Under the pieces are notes generated by a model. It saw only the letters and a list, made by a program, of their open reading frames with translations. It was not told the origin of the DNA and did not search any database. A DNA stretch of 64,000 bases from a virus: IMG/VR virus record IMGVR_UViG_3300025132_000023, positions 32,168-96,167 of that record. The stretch is one strand, 5' to 3'. Below are positions 50,973 to 61,884 of this stretch, piece after piece. The first letter of the stretch is position 1. Every line of letters begins with the position of its first letter. A program made the translations under genes and the position numbers.

Positions 50973-51245
50973 ATGGCTAAGAGCATATTAGACTTAAATG
51001 ATGATGGAAAGATTGACATGGAAGACATAAAACACCTTCTATTGAGATATGAAATAATCCTTGTTGGAGGATTATTATTGATTGTATTGCCCGTATTAAA
51101 CGCTATGGGTTTTATTACAGTAAGTAGCGATACGTTCTGGGTATTAGCAGGTGTTGTAATTACAGCAGAAGCACTACTAGAAATATACTACGAAAAACAA
51201 AAATTGAAGAATAAGCAATTTATAAGTGAGGATGAGGAAAGATGA
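50973..51245 (+). CDS. Two-TM membrane protein with an EF-hand-like loop
   Basis: DLNDDGKIDMED followed by two hydrophobic helices. Confidence 0.65.
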   Translation: MAKSILDLNDDGKIDMEDIKHLLLRYEIILVGGLLLIVLPVLNAMGFITVSSDTFWVLAGVVITAEALLEIYYEKQKLKNKQFISEDEER

Positions 51246-51371
51246 GACAGACAAGTTTGACAGAATTTGGATTAAAGGTAGGCATTAGACAAACAGTAAT
51301 AACGGAGTTTGTTGAATGACATGGGAAGAATATAGAAAAAGAGTTATTGAATATAAGAAGAACAGAAAATA

Positions 51372-52610
51372 TTGGAAGTGAAAAAAATGGATGAATATAT
51401 ACAAAAGGAAATAGCCAAGGCTGCTGAAGTCTTGGAAATGGAAGTATCAGAAGTAGAAGCAAAGTGGCTGGATATTTGTGATAAAAATAATATAACTGCT
51501 GATGAAAGCAAGTTAGGACTAAGCCTGTTTAGACAATGGTTTAGTGGAATGAACGCTCTTAAGGAGCAAGACGTAGCACCTGCGGCTACGGGTGGAGGAG
51601 GAAACGACTTCATTAAGGAAGCCTATGGTTTCTTTATCTCTGCTGAAGCAGCAAGAGATATGGGTAAGTGGCAAAATGACCGTGTAAAGGGTGAATATGA
51701 TGCTGCACCACAGGCAACCTATGAGGCAGGAAAGGTCGCAATTGTAACGCAAGTGCAAGATGGCTTTGAAGCAAAGCGAATGGATGCAGAAGAGGGTGAA
51801 AAGATTGGTATCCTAAAGGAACTACCAGAAAACAATTTTGGTGTTGATTTGGATACTTGGATTGTTCCCCTACATGACCGCCATGCTTGGGCTAATGGTG
51901 ACAAGAACCCAATGTATGGGAAGCCCTTGCCTCATGCACAATGGATGATGGCAGGAGTCTTTGTTGGAGAAGTAGCCGGAGAAACAGGAACATACTTCTT
52001 TTCATACAAGGGAGATGCTTGTAAGGAGTTTACTCCTGAAACGTTTAAGTTAGTATCTGTTCCTTGCATTAAGGACAGAAACTATGGAAACAGAATCTAT
52101 GGATTCAAGCGCGGAACACTAGAGGGTCTTAAGTATGAAGAAGATACTGATAAGCAACCTTCTATTACTGATATGCAAAACTATGTAATGGAACACGCAT
52201 CGGGTAACTATAGTGCATTGTTGAATCTAAACAGATACCACACGCAAATGCAATCTTCTGGTAAGAGAAGCCCAGAGCGATTTGTTATTACTGATGGTTC
52301 TGTATCTAGTATCAACATGACACCTAATTCATTCGGAACACGCCGAATGACTGTAACTGATATTAATGCTGACTTCGATTATGAAGGCGGTTCTTGGGCT
52401 GGAACAACTTGTTGGGTTCCTGAGCATTTGGGCATTGATTTCGGTATCGGTTCTAGCGTGGTTGTTGTGGGTAGAACCTCACAACGCAAGAATGATGACG
52501 GCTCTTGGGGAGATGTATCGCTTAACGTTAGCGGCATTCTTTGCACCGAGAACCGTGGAGTAGCCGTTGAGCCATTTGAGGCTCAAGAAGAAGACCTTGA
52601 CTGGTTTTAG
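51372..52610 (+). CDS. Probable ssDNA-binding (RPA/OB-fold) protein
   Basis: OB-like C-terminal strands, acidic-aromatic tail EEDLDWF, replication cluster context. Confidence 0.55.
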   Translation: MEVKKMDEYIQKEIAKAAEVLEMEVSEVEAKWLDICDKNNITADESKLGLSLFRQWFSGMNALKEQDVAPAATGGGGNDFIKEAYGFFISAEAARDMGKWQNDRVKGEYDAAPQATYEAGKVAIVTQVQDGFEAKRMDAEEGEKIGILKELPENNFGVDLDTWIVPLHDRHAWANGDKNPMYGKPLPHAQWMMAGVFVGEVAGETGTYFFSYKGDACKEFTPETFKLVSVPCIKDRNYGNRIYGFKRGTLEGLKYEEDTDKQPSITDMQNYVMEHASGNYSALLNLNRYHTQMQSSGKRSPERFVITDGSVSSINMTPNSFGTRRMTVTDINADFDYEGGSWAGTTCWVPEHLGIDFGIGSSVVVVGRTSQRKNDDGSWGDVSLNVSGILCTENRGVAVEPFEAQEEDLDWF

Positions 52611-52676
52611 AGTTATATATCCTATCGGTGGTAGTGACCGACAGGTGGGTGCGAAGCCCACAAAAGAGGAATAACT

Positions 52677-52919
52677 ATGTTTAAAATAGAAAATGGTGTA
52701 ATTCACGGTGTTAGTTTTGCAGTTAAATTATCAACTGTAGAATTTCTAACGTGGAGAATGAATGAAGATACTTTTATGTATTGGCTTAAGTTCCATCTAC
52801 CGTCTGCTAAGGAAATTAGAATCCAAGTAGAAGAAGATGACTTAAGAGATATAATTAATGAATGGGGAAATGGAAATATAAATTTGGAATTGGTGTATGA
52901 AAATGGATTGGACGACTGA
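52677..52919 (+). CDS. Hypothetical protein
   Basis: ORF with GAGG RBS. Confidence 0.7.
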   Translation: MFKIENGVIHGVSFAVKLSTVEFLTWRMNEDTFMYWLKFHLPSAKEIRIQVEEDDLRDIINEWGNGNINLELVYENGLDD

Positions 52920-53766
52920 GAAAAAAGGTAGCGCAGTAACTGAAGAAAATTTAGAAACTGCTGATAAGATTAAGAATGAGATTGATAAGGTCAATTTCGG
53001 TAAGGAACAAGAAGAATGGAATAAGCAATATGCTAAGGCTTTCTTGAAGAAGAGAACCGAAAAGAGCAGAATTTGCTGTGGTCTTTGGGGTGACCCAAAG
53101 AGAGGTAAAACAGGAGTAGCCTTAGATTTTCCTGATAGACCAATCTTTGTATTAGATTGGGATAGAGGAGTTGAATCTATTTGGCGAGAGCATCATGGTG
53201 CAGATGAAAGAATAAAGGTATTCTGTCCTATTGTCAAAGATAAGGATAATATTATTGATATTAATAAGTCTGAAAAGAACTCACTTATGTTCATAAACAT
53301 GGCTAGAGTTTTCATGCAGGAGAATCCTGATGAAAAACCTGTGTTTGTGTTTGATGGTGTAGATACGTTTCATAATGCGGCTCTGTTAAAAGTTAACCCT
53401 AATCCGTTAGTCGTCACGCAGTTAATGCCGTGGCAATACGGTGAAAGAAACAAAACCTTTAACTTCATGTTAGAGGCTGTGTATTCTTTGCCTTGCGATG
53501 TAATCTATATTACTCACAAGAAGGAACGTTATCTCAACAACGCGGTTGTTGGGTATGACCCAGTTTGGAAAGATTGGGGTGGCAAACTAGAGCAAGAGAT
53601 TTCTTTCTCTGCTCAAGAGTCTAAAGGCGAGATTAAGTATGTCGCCAAGTTATTAGCAAGCAGAACAAATGGGAATCTTGTTGGAACAATTTGGACAGTT
53701 AGAGAGGGTAAGCCTCCTAATACTGTTTGGCATGGAATACCAGAACTGCGAGAGGGAAACATATGA
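52897..53766 (+). CDS. RecA-like AAA ATPase (Sak4/AAA_24-like)
   Basis: GDPKRGKT, FVLDWDRG, FVFDGVD, YITH. Confidence 0.75.
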   Translation: MKMDWTTEKKGSAVTEENLETADKIKNEIDKVNFGKEQEEWNKQYAKAFLKKRTEKSRICCGLWGDPKRGKTGVALDFPDRPIFVLDWDRGVESIWREHHGADERIKVFCPIVKDKDNIIDINKSEKNSLMFINMARVFMQENPDEKPVFVFDGVDTFHNAALLKVNPNPLVVTQLMPWQYGERNKTFNFMLEAVYSLPCDVIYITHKKERYLNNAVVGYDPVWKDWGGKLEQEISFSAQESKGEIKYVAKLLASRTNGNLVGTIWTVREGKPPNTVWHGIPELREGNI

Positions 53767-54530
53767 TGGAAATATCCGTGAATTTAAATGAATTTAAAGA
53801 CGCGGTTGAGGCAATTTGGCTGAAAGGCAAGTATAAGTCCTCAACCGTTTCTAAGATAGATTCTATAAATAACTTAGGTGTGGCCTTTGTTAAGAAGAAT
53901 AATACTATTACTCTAGCAAACGCAAGCGAAACGATTGCTGCTAGTGTAACAATAAGAGCGTCTGCTGAAGATGTGAAAGAGGAACAAATGTTTATATTTG
54001 ATATTGAAAAACTAAACAAATATATGAAGGTGTTTAAGTCTGAACACTTGACAATGAGAATTGGTAATTCTCGATTAACATTAAAGAACGAGACACAATC
54101 TGCACAATTGCAAATGTCAATAGAACATAACAATCTAAATGCTATTATGAAGGTTCAAGGGCTAAAGATACCTAGTGAAGGTATGGCTCAATTTGGCAAA
54201 ACATTATTGGATGCCAAACTCTGTATGCAAGGAAAGGAACTTGCAAAGGCTATCAAACATTGTAACATTGTTGGAACAGCCACATTCAAATTAGATTATA
54301 ACGGAGAAACTTGTATGGTTTCTTCTGGTAATTTTCATGCAACTGAGCATTTTGAATATAATTTGCCTATGATTTCCCATGAAGGAGAACCTGCTACTGT
54401 TGAGTTTTCAGCACCCATAGATAGATTTTGTCAAGATGGGGTTATGTTTCTTTACATTAAAGACGATAAGCCTATACTACTAATAGGCTCAAATAGAAAA
54501 CTTGTAGTAGCACCATATATTAGAGCGTGA
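53763..54530 (+). CDS. pcn: Sliding clamp (PCNA-like)
   Basis: About 255 aa, two-domain beta/alpha pattern, C-terminal DDKPILL...VAP; directly upstream of polB. Confidence 0.7.
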   Translation: MMEISVNLNEFKDAVEAIWLKGKYKSSTVSKIDSINNLGVAFVKKNNTITLANASETIAASVTIRASAEDVKEEQMFIFDIEKLNKYMKVFKSEHLTMRIGNSRLTLKNETQSAQLQMSIEHNNLNAIMKVQGLKIPSEGMAQFGKTLLDAKLCMQGKELAKAIKHCNIVGTATFKLDYNGETCMVSSGNFHATEHFEYNLPMISHEGEPATVEFSAPIDRFCQDGVMFLYIKDDKPILLIGSNRKLVVAPYIRA

Positions 54531-54534
54531 AATA

Positions 54535-56196
54535 ATGATAATAACAACATTAAGTAAGACCAATGAAGTAGCACTTCGTTGGAGAGAAGAGGGAGAAAGA
54601 AAAGAAGAGAAGATTTCTTTTGTTGATTTCAAACCATATTTTTATATTGAAGATGTAGACCAAGAAAAAGCACACCTTCGTATTAGAGAAAGAGGAGTAA
54701 ACACTCGTATTGAGTTATCTTATGAAAGAGGAGATTGGGTTTCCCTTGAAGGTAAGAGATTAAAAAAGGTTACTTGGTATCCTCCCTTGCCTTCTTACAA
54801 TAGAATACTTAAAAAAGAATGGGAACAAACGTATGAAGCAGATGTTCCTTTTCACTATAGATATGTAGTAGATAACTTGGAGTCAATACCAGAATATGAT
54901 TTAAGAAAGTGGTATTGGGATATGGAATGGCAACAGGGTGGAGATTTTGATGGTATGATAACTGCGTTAGTAGTTTATGATAACCATTCAAAAACCATGA
55001 ATAACTTTCATTGGTTTCCTCCTACCGCAGTAGGGGATTATTCTGACACAACATGGCGACATGAATCAGAAAAAGAGATGCTTGAGAATTTTATCCAATG
55101 GATGAATACTCGCGACCCCGATATGATGATTTCATGGTTCGGGTCTAAGTTCGATTTACCTAAACTTATTGAAAGACTTCTAGCAAACGGAATAGACCCT
55201 AGAAAAATTTCTCCTTACAACGAAGTGAAGGGAATATATTTTGATAACCGAGCAGGAGAACTAAAGTTATCAAAGGCAGTATCACATTATACCCCAATAG
55301 AACAACCCGTTAGAGGAAGAATTTTATTGAATTTAGATGTGGCATTTGAAAGACAATGGAACGACTCACAAAGAGGAACGCTCCCTTCTATGGCATTGGA
55401 TTATGTAGCAGAAATGGTTCTAGGTGAAAAGAAAATGGTGAGTGAAAAGTTCCCAGATAAAAATGAGTTTTTCGCTAAGGCATGGTTAGAAGAATCGCAG
55501 ACTTATATGGACTATGCTAAGAAAGATGTTGAGTTGCTTGTAAAGATAGATGAGAAAAATTATCTATCGGAGTCTATCCTTGCTTTACAGCGACTACTAA
55601 TAGCACCATTCGATGCGTGTTTTTATGCAAGCAATATGGGTAGCATATATTTTATGAGAAACGCTGATTGGAAAGCCCCAACAGGAAAAGAGGGGCCAAA
55701 GATAGATTATCAAGGGGCCATGATTTATGACCCTTCTGTTGAAGGAACATTTGGATTACATGAAAATGTTGCTGCGTTTGATTTCGCAGGTCTGTATCCT
55801 TCAATTACTGTAGCACTCAACATAAGTTGGGAAACCAAGTCTTCTGAAGAAACTGAATTTGGTATAAATATTTTAACTCCTAGAGATTTTAGTGATGAGG
55901 ATGAAGTCAATATGCTCTACTATAAAACAGATAAACTAGGTATGTTGCCGAAGGCTGTCCTTGAATTAAAAGAACTTCGTAATGAGTATAAGAAAAATAT
56001 GAAGGAAGCCAAGACAGATGATGAGTATTACAAATGGTATAATAACCAAATGGCAGTTAAAAGATTGATGGCATCTTTTTATGGTATCATTGGCTACCAA
56101 GGTTTTTCATGGGCTGACATTGATATGGCTGCTAGTATTACAGCAGGTGCGAGAAAAGCAATTAGAAGTGCAGCATTTAAGGTGATGGAACTATGA
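54535..56196 (+). CDS. polB: Family B DNA polymerase, N-terminal half (exonuclease, motifs A and B)
   Basis: WDME, FDLPKL, YAKKD, FDFAGLYPS, KRLMASFYG. Confidence 0.93.
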   Translation: MIITTLSKTNEVALRWREEGERKEEKISFVDFKPYFYIEDVDQEKAHLRIRERGVNTRIELSYERGDWVSLEGKRLKKVTWYPPLPSYNRILKKEWEQTYEADVPFHYRYVVDNLESIPEYDLRKWYWDMEWQQGGDFDGMITALVVYDNHSKTMNNFHWFPPTAVGDYSDTTWRHESEKEMLENFIQWMNTRDPDMMISWFGSKFDLPKLIERLLANGIDPRKISPYNEVKGIYFDNRAGELKLSKAVSHYTPIEQPVRGRILLNLDVAFERQWNDSQRGTLPSMALDYVAEMVLGEKKMVSEKFPDKNEFFAKAWLEESQTYMDYAKKDVELLVKIDEKNYLSESILALQRLLIAPFDACFYASNMGSIYFMRNADWKAPTGKEGPKIDYQGAMIYDPSVEGTFGLHENVAAFDFAGLYPSITVALNISWETKSSEETEFGINILTPRDFSDEDEVNMLYYKTDKLGMLPKAVLELKELRNEYKKNMKEAKTDDEYYKWYNNQMAVKRLMASFYGIIGYQGFSWADIDMAASITAGARKAIRSAAFKVMEL

Positions 56197-56286
56197 CAGG
56201 ACACCAAAGAGATAAAACCCGATACACCAAAAAGTGTAGTGTATGCGGCGCACTTACTAGAGCGATAACAAATAATTATCATCGTT

Positions 56287-56580
56287 GTGGTAAGTGTTAC
56301 TTGGAATGGAAAAGAAAAGAACGGAGAGAAGAAAATGAAAAAAGATGAAAGAATAAATATGGTGTGGAAACAAACTAGCGGAACAGGTCAGCGCGTAAGA
56401 AAATGGATAAATTTTGCTCGTTATTCTGATAGAAATAATTGTATCGGAAAGGGTAGAATATTACAAACTGAGATTCGTAATAAGACAGAAGAATTTCCTA
56501 GACAATTATATATTGAAATGCGATTAGATGGGGAACTTTTTATTGGAAGCCTCAACGCTATTAATGAGGAAGAAGAATGA
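56287..56580 (+). CDS. Hypothetical gene between the PolB halves (flanked by further micro-ORFs)
   Basis: ORF track; true start probably ~56335. Confidence 0.6.
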   Translation: MVSVTWNGKEKNGEKKMKKDERINMVWKQTSGTGQRVRKWINFARYSDRNNCIGKGRILQTEIRNKTEEFPRQLYIEMRLDGELFIGSLNAINEEEE

Positions 56581-56698
56581 CAAGAGGAGAAATAGAAATG
56601 TGGGCGCAAGATAATTTTGCGAGCCTTGCATTAGCAAGAACGGTCTTTAGTTTTGTAAAGATAGTTATTGCTTCTGCTATTATGATAGAAGTATTTGG

Positions 56699-57610
56699 GT
56701 GGGTATGATGAAATTAGTATATGGACACACAGATTCTATTTATGTGCAAATGCCAATGGAACAAACAGAAGAAATTTTAGCACTATTGAATACCCATGTG
56801 CGGCAAGAGTTTCCTAATGTCTTAGGACTAGAAGAACATCCTATTAAATTAGAACATGAAAAATACTTTCAAACCCTTGGAGTAGGAACAACTAAGAACA
56901 GAAATGCAGGATTGATAAATTGGAAAGATGGAGAATATTTAGATGAACCTGAGTTTGTTATGACAGGCTTTGTGGCAAAGAGAGTAGCAATATCTGAGAT
57001 TGAAAAGTTTATACAAATGTCAGTATTGAGAATGTGGGTTGAGAAAAAGACAGAAGCGGAAGTAACTTCTTTTATCAAACTATGGTATAACAAAGTAATC
57101 TCAGGCGACATTGAGTTGAAAAAATTATCAAACAGAAGCAGATATAGGCCCGAAAGACTTACCTTCAAATGTAGTAAATGCAATAAGGAATCTACTGTAA
57201 AACAACTAATAGATTCACAAGTTAATTACTGTGTAAAGTGTGGGCATGAAGATTCTTTGACAACCTTAGAAGGAAAAAGACCTTCTATCTCGCAAGGGAC
57301 AGAAGGATTGATTTGGTATAATCAGCAGGATTTTTCAGAACCTATAGAAGATTCTTATTTGTATATCAGAGTATCCGATATACCAACTAGACCTACTTAT
57401 AAAAACCCAATAACAAATGTATGGAAAAGACCAAAATACATTTCAGCACCCACCTTGCAAAGATTAGGTGAGATAGCAACTACACCAGATTATCATCACT
57501 ATGGTAATGCTTTGGTGAAAAAAGCCGACCCAATTTATCGAGCGATGGGGTGGGACTTAGATAAAATAAAGTTCGATATAAATCAGAAAACATTAGATGA
57601 ATGGTGGTAA
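56699..57610 (+). CDS. polB: Family B DNA polymerase, C-terminal half (motif C, thumb, Zn-finger insertion)
   Basis: YGHTDS, KNRNAG, CSKC...CVKC, PIP-box-like QKTLDEWW. Confidence 0.9.
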   Translation: MGMMKLVYGHTDSIYVQMPMEQTEEILALLNTHVRQEFPNVLGLEEHPIKLEHEKYFQTLGVGTTKNRNAGLINWKDGEYLDEPEFVMTGFVAKRVAISEIEKFIQMSVLRMWVEKKTEAEVTSFIKLWYNKVISGDIELKKLSNRSRYRPERLTFKCSKCNKESTVKQLIDSQVNYCVKCGHEDSLTTLEGKRPSISQGTEGLIWYNQQDFSEPIEDSYLYIRVSDIPTRPTYKNPITNVWKRPKYISAPTLQRLGEIATTPDYHHYGNALVKKADPIYRAMGWDLDKIKFDINQKTLDEWW

Positions 57611-58464
57611 AAATGAAAGAATACACATACCAATGGAACCCGCAAGAAGATGAACCTATATTGAAGATAACAAAATCTTCATATGGTTCTTTTAAGTGGT
57701 GTCCTAAGAAATATGAATTTTCGTATATCGAGAGATTACCTCAAGATACTTCGGAAGCAATGATAAAAGGAACAGTAGTTCATAATACGAGAGAAGAATT
57801 TTTTGATATTTTCGATGTGAAGAAAGCAGAAAATTTATCCTACGATGAACTGGTTCAATATAATATTGGCCTACATCCAGTAGACGAATATGGTGACATT
57901 TATAAAACAATGTCAAGTTTTGAAGCACAACGTTTTGTTGATGCTAGAGATAGAGGAGAACTAAATGATTATTTGCCAGTAATCAATGAGGTTATGTTAG
58001 ATGCACAAATAACAATACCACATGATATAAACTCTAAGGCAATTTTATTGCGAGACTATACTGTGCATTTGCAAGGAATCATTGATAGAATGTTTAGACA
58101 GGGGGATAATTATATCCCAATAGAATTAAAGACAGGCCCTTGGAAAGACTATAAACTCACAGGTATGAGAGCAGAAATGTCTTTTTATAAGTTACTAATG
58201 GATAATGCTACTGATGAATACTTAGCAGAAAAGGGAATAGAGAGACAAGAAATAACACATTGGGGATGGTATTATCCTGTATCTAATTATATCCAAGTAG
58301 AACCAGTTAAGAAAACAAGTATGAATGCAGTTATGAAAGGAATTGCAAAGTTAATTTATGCTTATGAGAGAAACGAGTTCCCAGAAAAATATTACTACAA
58401 AACTTGCGAGTGGTGTAGTTTTAAGCCATTATGCCCTGCGGCACAAAAGGCGGAATTTATATGA
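57601..58464 (+). CDS. Cas4/AddB-like PD-(D/E)XK exonuclease with Fe-S cysteines
   Basis: WCPKKY, GIIDR, ELKTG, CEWCSFKPLC. Confidence 0.88.
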   Translation: MVVKMKEYTYQWNPQEDEPILKITKSSYGSFKWCPKKYEFSYIERLPQDTSEAMIKGTVVHNTREEFFDIFDVKKAENLSYDELVQYNIGLHPVDEYGDIYKTMSSFEAQRFVDARDRGELNDYLPVINEVMLDAQITIPHDINSKAILLRDYTVHLQGIIDRMFRQGDNYIPIELKTGPWKDYKLTGMRAEMSFYKLLMDNATDEYLAEKGIERQEITHWGWYYPVSNYIQVEPVKKTSMNAVMKGIAKLIYAYERNEFPEKYYYKTCEWCSFKPLCPAAQKAEFI

Positions 58465-58829
58465 TAGAAGAAAAAGTAATAGAAAAATTGAAAGGAAAGA
58501 CATGGACATTTGATGAAATTAGTCAAGTGAACATATTAATAGAACAAATCCAAGAAGAGTTATACGATGAATTGGATGCAAAGGAAAAACTAGATTTAGT
58601 TTGGACTAAAGAAATAAGTGAAAATGGTAATACATTTGGGTCATTTTTTAAATCAAATGTAGACTATGTTTTATCAGAACAAATAGCAATAATAATAAAG
58701 GCACAATTAAGCCAAGCAAAAATAAATTTTAATGAGGATGATAAAGATGAAATTTCCGAGAGAAGTGTGGGCGGGAAGCCACCTGCCAAACGCGCCACAA
58801 ATGAAAAGACAAGTAGTAAGAAGTCATAA
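58461..58829 (+). CDS. Hypothetical protein
   Basis: ORF overlapping its neighbours. Confidence 0.65.
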   Translation: MIEEKVIEKLKGKTWTFDEISQVNILIEQIQEELYDELDAKEKLDLVWTKEISENGNTFGSFFKSNVDYVLSEQIAIIIKAQLSQAKINFNEDDKDEISERSVGGKPPAKRATNEKTSSKKS

Positions 58830-59754
58830 AGAATATGTTGATTGGATTAATGCATTCAATGGCAAAATGAATTGTTATACTACAGTATATGATTTTGAAC
58901 ATTTTGCAGAAACGGCAAAAGTAGATTCATCTGTTATTATTGATAGAGCGTTTTTAGATTTTGATGCACACGGAGAGCCATTAGAAAAAGCATATGTAGA
59001 TTTCAAAGATATTTACCATGACTTACAAGGAAGAGGTTTAAAATTTGATGCGTTGTTTTCAGGTAAAGGATTTCACATTATAGTATATGGAGAGAAGGTA
59101 GATGATATTAGAAACATTCAAGCGTATTTTACCACGCTGGTTCAGCATTATCCTACTCTTGATAGAAGCGGAATCCAAACTAACAGACTTCGTAGAATCC
59201 CTAACACGGTGAATCTTAGTAGTGAAGGCCCATACTTTTGTATCCCCATTGATGCTGAAATAGTTGAAAGTTTAGAAGACATATTAACTCATGCTATGGA
59301 ACCTAGAATAAAACCTGTTGTCCAAAGACATTATCGTTATAATCAATTAATGAGTTGGCCTGTAGTTAAACCAATTGAAATGGTAGATATAGAAATAGAA
59401 GCACCAAAACCACCGGGAGAATTACCAATATTACCATGTTTATACAATGCAATTATGGTAGAGAATCCGGGACATTATGCAAGAGTATATTTAGCACAAT
59501 GGTATAGAGACATATTAGCAATGGGAGAAAGAGAAATACCCACAGAAGAACGTGAAAAGATAGTAGGTATTATTATGGAAGAGTTTAAGGCAATAGCCTC
59601 TAATGAAAACGTGTGGTTAGATTGGAATGAAGGAGTTACTAAACGCCACGTTAGATTTATTGTTAATGGTGGTTATCATGCGCCTAGTTGTAAAGACAAA
59701 TTAATACCTCAGGGTTATTGCCCCGGAAAGTGTTGGAGATATGCAGATGGATAA
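58732..59754 (+). CDS. Archaeo-eukaryotic primase (PriS with fused PriL-like C-terminal domain)
   Basis: FLDFD, SGKGFH, RLRRIPNT; LPC...PSC...C...C. Confidence 0.88.
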   Translation: MRMIKMKFPREVWAGSHLPNAPQMKRQVVRSHKEYVDWINAFNGKMNCYTTVYDFEHFAETAKVDSSVIIDRAFLDFDAHGEPLEKAYVDFKDIYHDLQGRGLKFDALFSGKGFHIIVYGEKVDDIRNIQAYFTTLVQHYPTLDRSGIQTNRLRRIPNTVNLSSEGPYFCIPIDAEIVESLEDILTHAMEPRIKPVVQRHYRYNQLMSWPVVKPIEMVDIEIEAPKPPGELPILPCLYNAIMVENPGHYARVYLAQWYRDILAMGEREIPTEEREKIVGIIMEEFKAIASNENVWLDWNEGVTKRHVRFIVNGGYHAPSCKDKLIPQGYCPGKCWRYADG

Positions 59755-60427
59755 GTTAATAATAGATAGCAGAGAAAAGTCTGACTTGTGTGCTTATGTT
59801 GAATCAGAAGCAAGTAGATTAAATATTCCTAGTGAGAAACAATGGATAGAGATTGGAGATTATGTTTATAGAGATGTTTGTTTTGAAGCAAAATCTACTA
59901 TTGATTTCTTAATGTCTGTAATTAATAAGAGACTATGGAATCAAATAGATAATATGGATAGACACTTTGAACATTCTATAGTAATAATACATGGTTCTCT
60001 TCACCAATTAGTTGCTTATCCTAAATTTGTTAATATAAACATTCCCGAACAAACCCTGTTAAATAAGTTCTACGGTGCTATTAGTAAGATAACACTAGAT
60101 ACTGATACCAGAGTGTTCTGGACAGAAAGCCCAAAGAAAGCAGCAAGATTAATGACAACGATATGTAAAATGAGACCGTTTAATAGAGATGTAATAAGAC
60201 CGAGTTTACTAAAAAGAATAACAACAGATGATTTAAGAATAGATATGTTATGCACAGTTAAAGGTGTTAGTGAAAGTAAAGCGAAAAAGATAATAGAAAG
60301 ATATGGTTCCATAATGGAAATAGGAGAGGCAACGTCAGGGGAGTTAACTTTAATAGAGGGAATTGGCCCCACGATTGCACAGCGAATCATAGACACGTTG
60401 AATAGTGAAGATAGAGTGATAGTATGA
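59741..60427 (+). CDS. ERCC4/XPF-family nuclease with HhH motifs
   Basis: IIDSRE, GDY, FEAKS..DF..S, IEGIGPTIA. Confidence 0.88.
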   Translation: MQMDKLIIDSREKSDLCAYVESEASRLNIPSEKQWIEIGDYVYRDVCFEAKSTIDFLMSVINKRLWNQIDNMDRHFEHSIVIIHGSLHQLVAYPKFVNINIPEQTLLNKFYGAISKITLDTDTRVFWTESPKKAARLMTTICKMRPFNRDVIRPSLLKRITTDDLRIDMLCTVKGVSESKAKKIIERYGSIMEIGEATSGELTLIEGIGPTIAQRIIDTLNSEDRVIV

Positions 60428-61884
60428 ATATTGAAAATAATAATGAAGATGAAGCGTTTTACGCTTTTATAGATGATGATAAGCAGGTAACAAGTAATAA
60501 ATTAACATTACCTGAAATAGCACAGAAGTTTACCGAAGATGCGGTGCAGGCTTCTAACTATAATAACGTACCTGCGTCACTAGCATTTTTTACAATGTTA
60601 GGGCAGTTATGTAAGGACATGGTAGCAATACCTAGTGGTGTAAATAAAGATGATATACGATTGCATTTCTTGTGGCTTCAGACCTCAGGAACTGGTAAAT
60701 CTACTTTAACAAATTGGTTTAAGCCGATTGTTGAAAGAACCTTTACCATATTAAATACTGACCACGGACAGGATTTTAATATATTTGATGTAACTGATTA
60801 TACAGATGCTGCATTAATTGGTTCAATGGAAAATGCTGAAGAACAAGTTCAGCAAGAAGATGGTAGTTTTGTAACAGTTCAAGTTGCTAGACCAACCCCC
60901 GGTCAATTAGAGGGTAATGGATTAGCAATGTGGGATGAGTTTGAGTATTCAGGAATATTTAAACAATCACAACACAAAGAAAATTCTATTGTATATCTAA
61001 ATACATTTATGAATACTTTGTGGGGTTCTACTTGGATTATTAAGAAGAAATTGAAATTAGGTGATGAACCTTTAGAGTGTAGATGTAAGCGTTCTTCGTT
61101 TGCTACAAGTTATATCCCTAAACAGTTAACAACTGTTATTACAGAAAAGGGTGTTCTACAGCGAATGCTCATATTTATATGGGAAGTTCCACAACACCAA
61201 CAACAACAGATGAGAAGAAGATTAATTTCTGATTGGGGAACAATAAAAAGTGCAGAAGAACCACTATTAAAATATGCAGACGCTTTTGTAAAACTTTTCC
61301 AAGTAGTCAAAGAAAGATATGAAGAAGTAGATTGTGACCCACTTAAGGTTGTTACAATTAATAAACAAGCAAACGATGCGTTAACTAGAGAATGTATATT
61401 GATGGAAGAATATATTACAGATAGTAGACAAGAAGTCTTTGAAGCAATGGAAACTTTCATTAATAGAATTTTGAAACATATTCAGAAACTTGCGGTTCTA
61501 TGTTGTATTGCCGAAGCCCCAAGTATTCCTGATAAATCAAAAAGATTTATTGTAACGCAAAACCATGTGCTACAGGCCTCTTCTCTTGTCCGACAATGTT
61601 ATAAGAGTCTTGTATCTTGGCTAGATGAAGCCCTTAGAGTGGAACACAAGAGTATGGCAAATCAAGCCAATTATGCCGTCTTTAAAAAGATTTGTAAACA
61701 AGAAGCAGATGAACAAGGATGGATTCATAAGGCAGAGTTGTTTTCTAAGGTTAGACAAGAAACTCAAAAAGGTGCAGCAACTATTTATAAATGGTGGCCT
61801 AAGGTAGAAGAATATTTTGAAACCAGAAAGATTAGTAAAAGCACATATGTAAGATTAAAGGAAGATGTAAACAATGAAACATAA
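60424..61884 (+). CDS. AAA+ ATPase, probable MCM-like replicative helicase
   Basis: SGTGKS, TDAALIG, AMWDEF, LQR arginine finger, C-terminal wHTH-like region. Confidence 0.65.
   Translation: MNIENNNEDEAFYAFIDDDKQVTSNKLTLPEIAQKFTEDAVQASNYNNVPASLAFFTMLGQLCKDMVAIPSGVNKDDIRLHFLWLQTSGTGKSTLTNWFKPIVERTFTILNTDHGQDFNIFDVTDYTDAALIGSMENAEEQVQQEDGSFVTVQVARPTPGQLEGNGLAMWDEFEYSGIFKQSQHKENSIVYLNTFMNTLWGSTWIIKKKLKLGDEPLECRCKRSSFATSYIPKQLTTVITEKGVLQRMLIFIWEVPQHQQQQMRRRLISDWGTIKSAEEPLLKYADAFVKLFQVVKERYEEVDCDPLKVVTINKQANDALTRECILMEEYITDSRQEVFEAMETFINRILKHIQKLAVLCCIAEAPSIPDKSKRFIVTQNHVLQASSLVRQCYKSLVSWLDEALRVEHKSMANQANYAVFKKICKQEADEQGWIHKAELFSKVRQETQKGAATIYKWWPKVEEYFETRKISKSTYVRLKEDVNNET

Noticed and set aside
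57601-58464. Cas4 as evidence of a CRISPR-Cas system
   Set aside because: Stand-alone Cas4-like nucleases are common in viral replication modules; no cas1/cas2 or array
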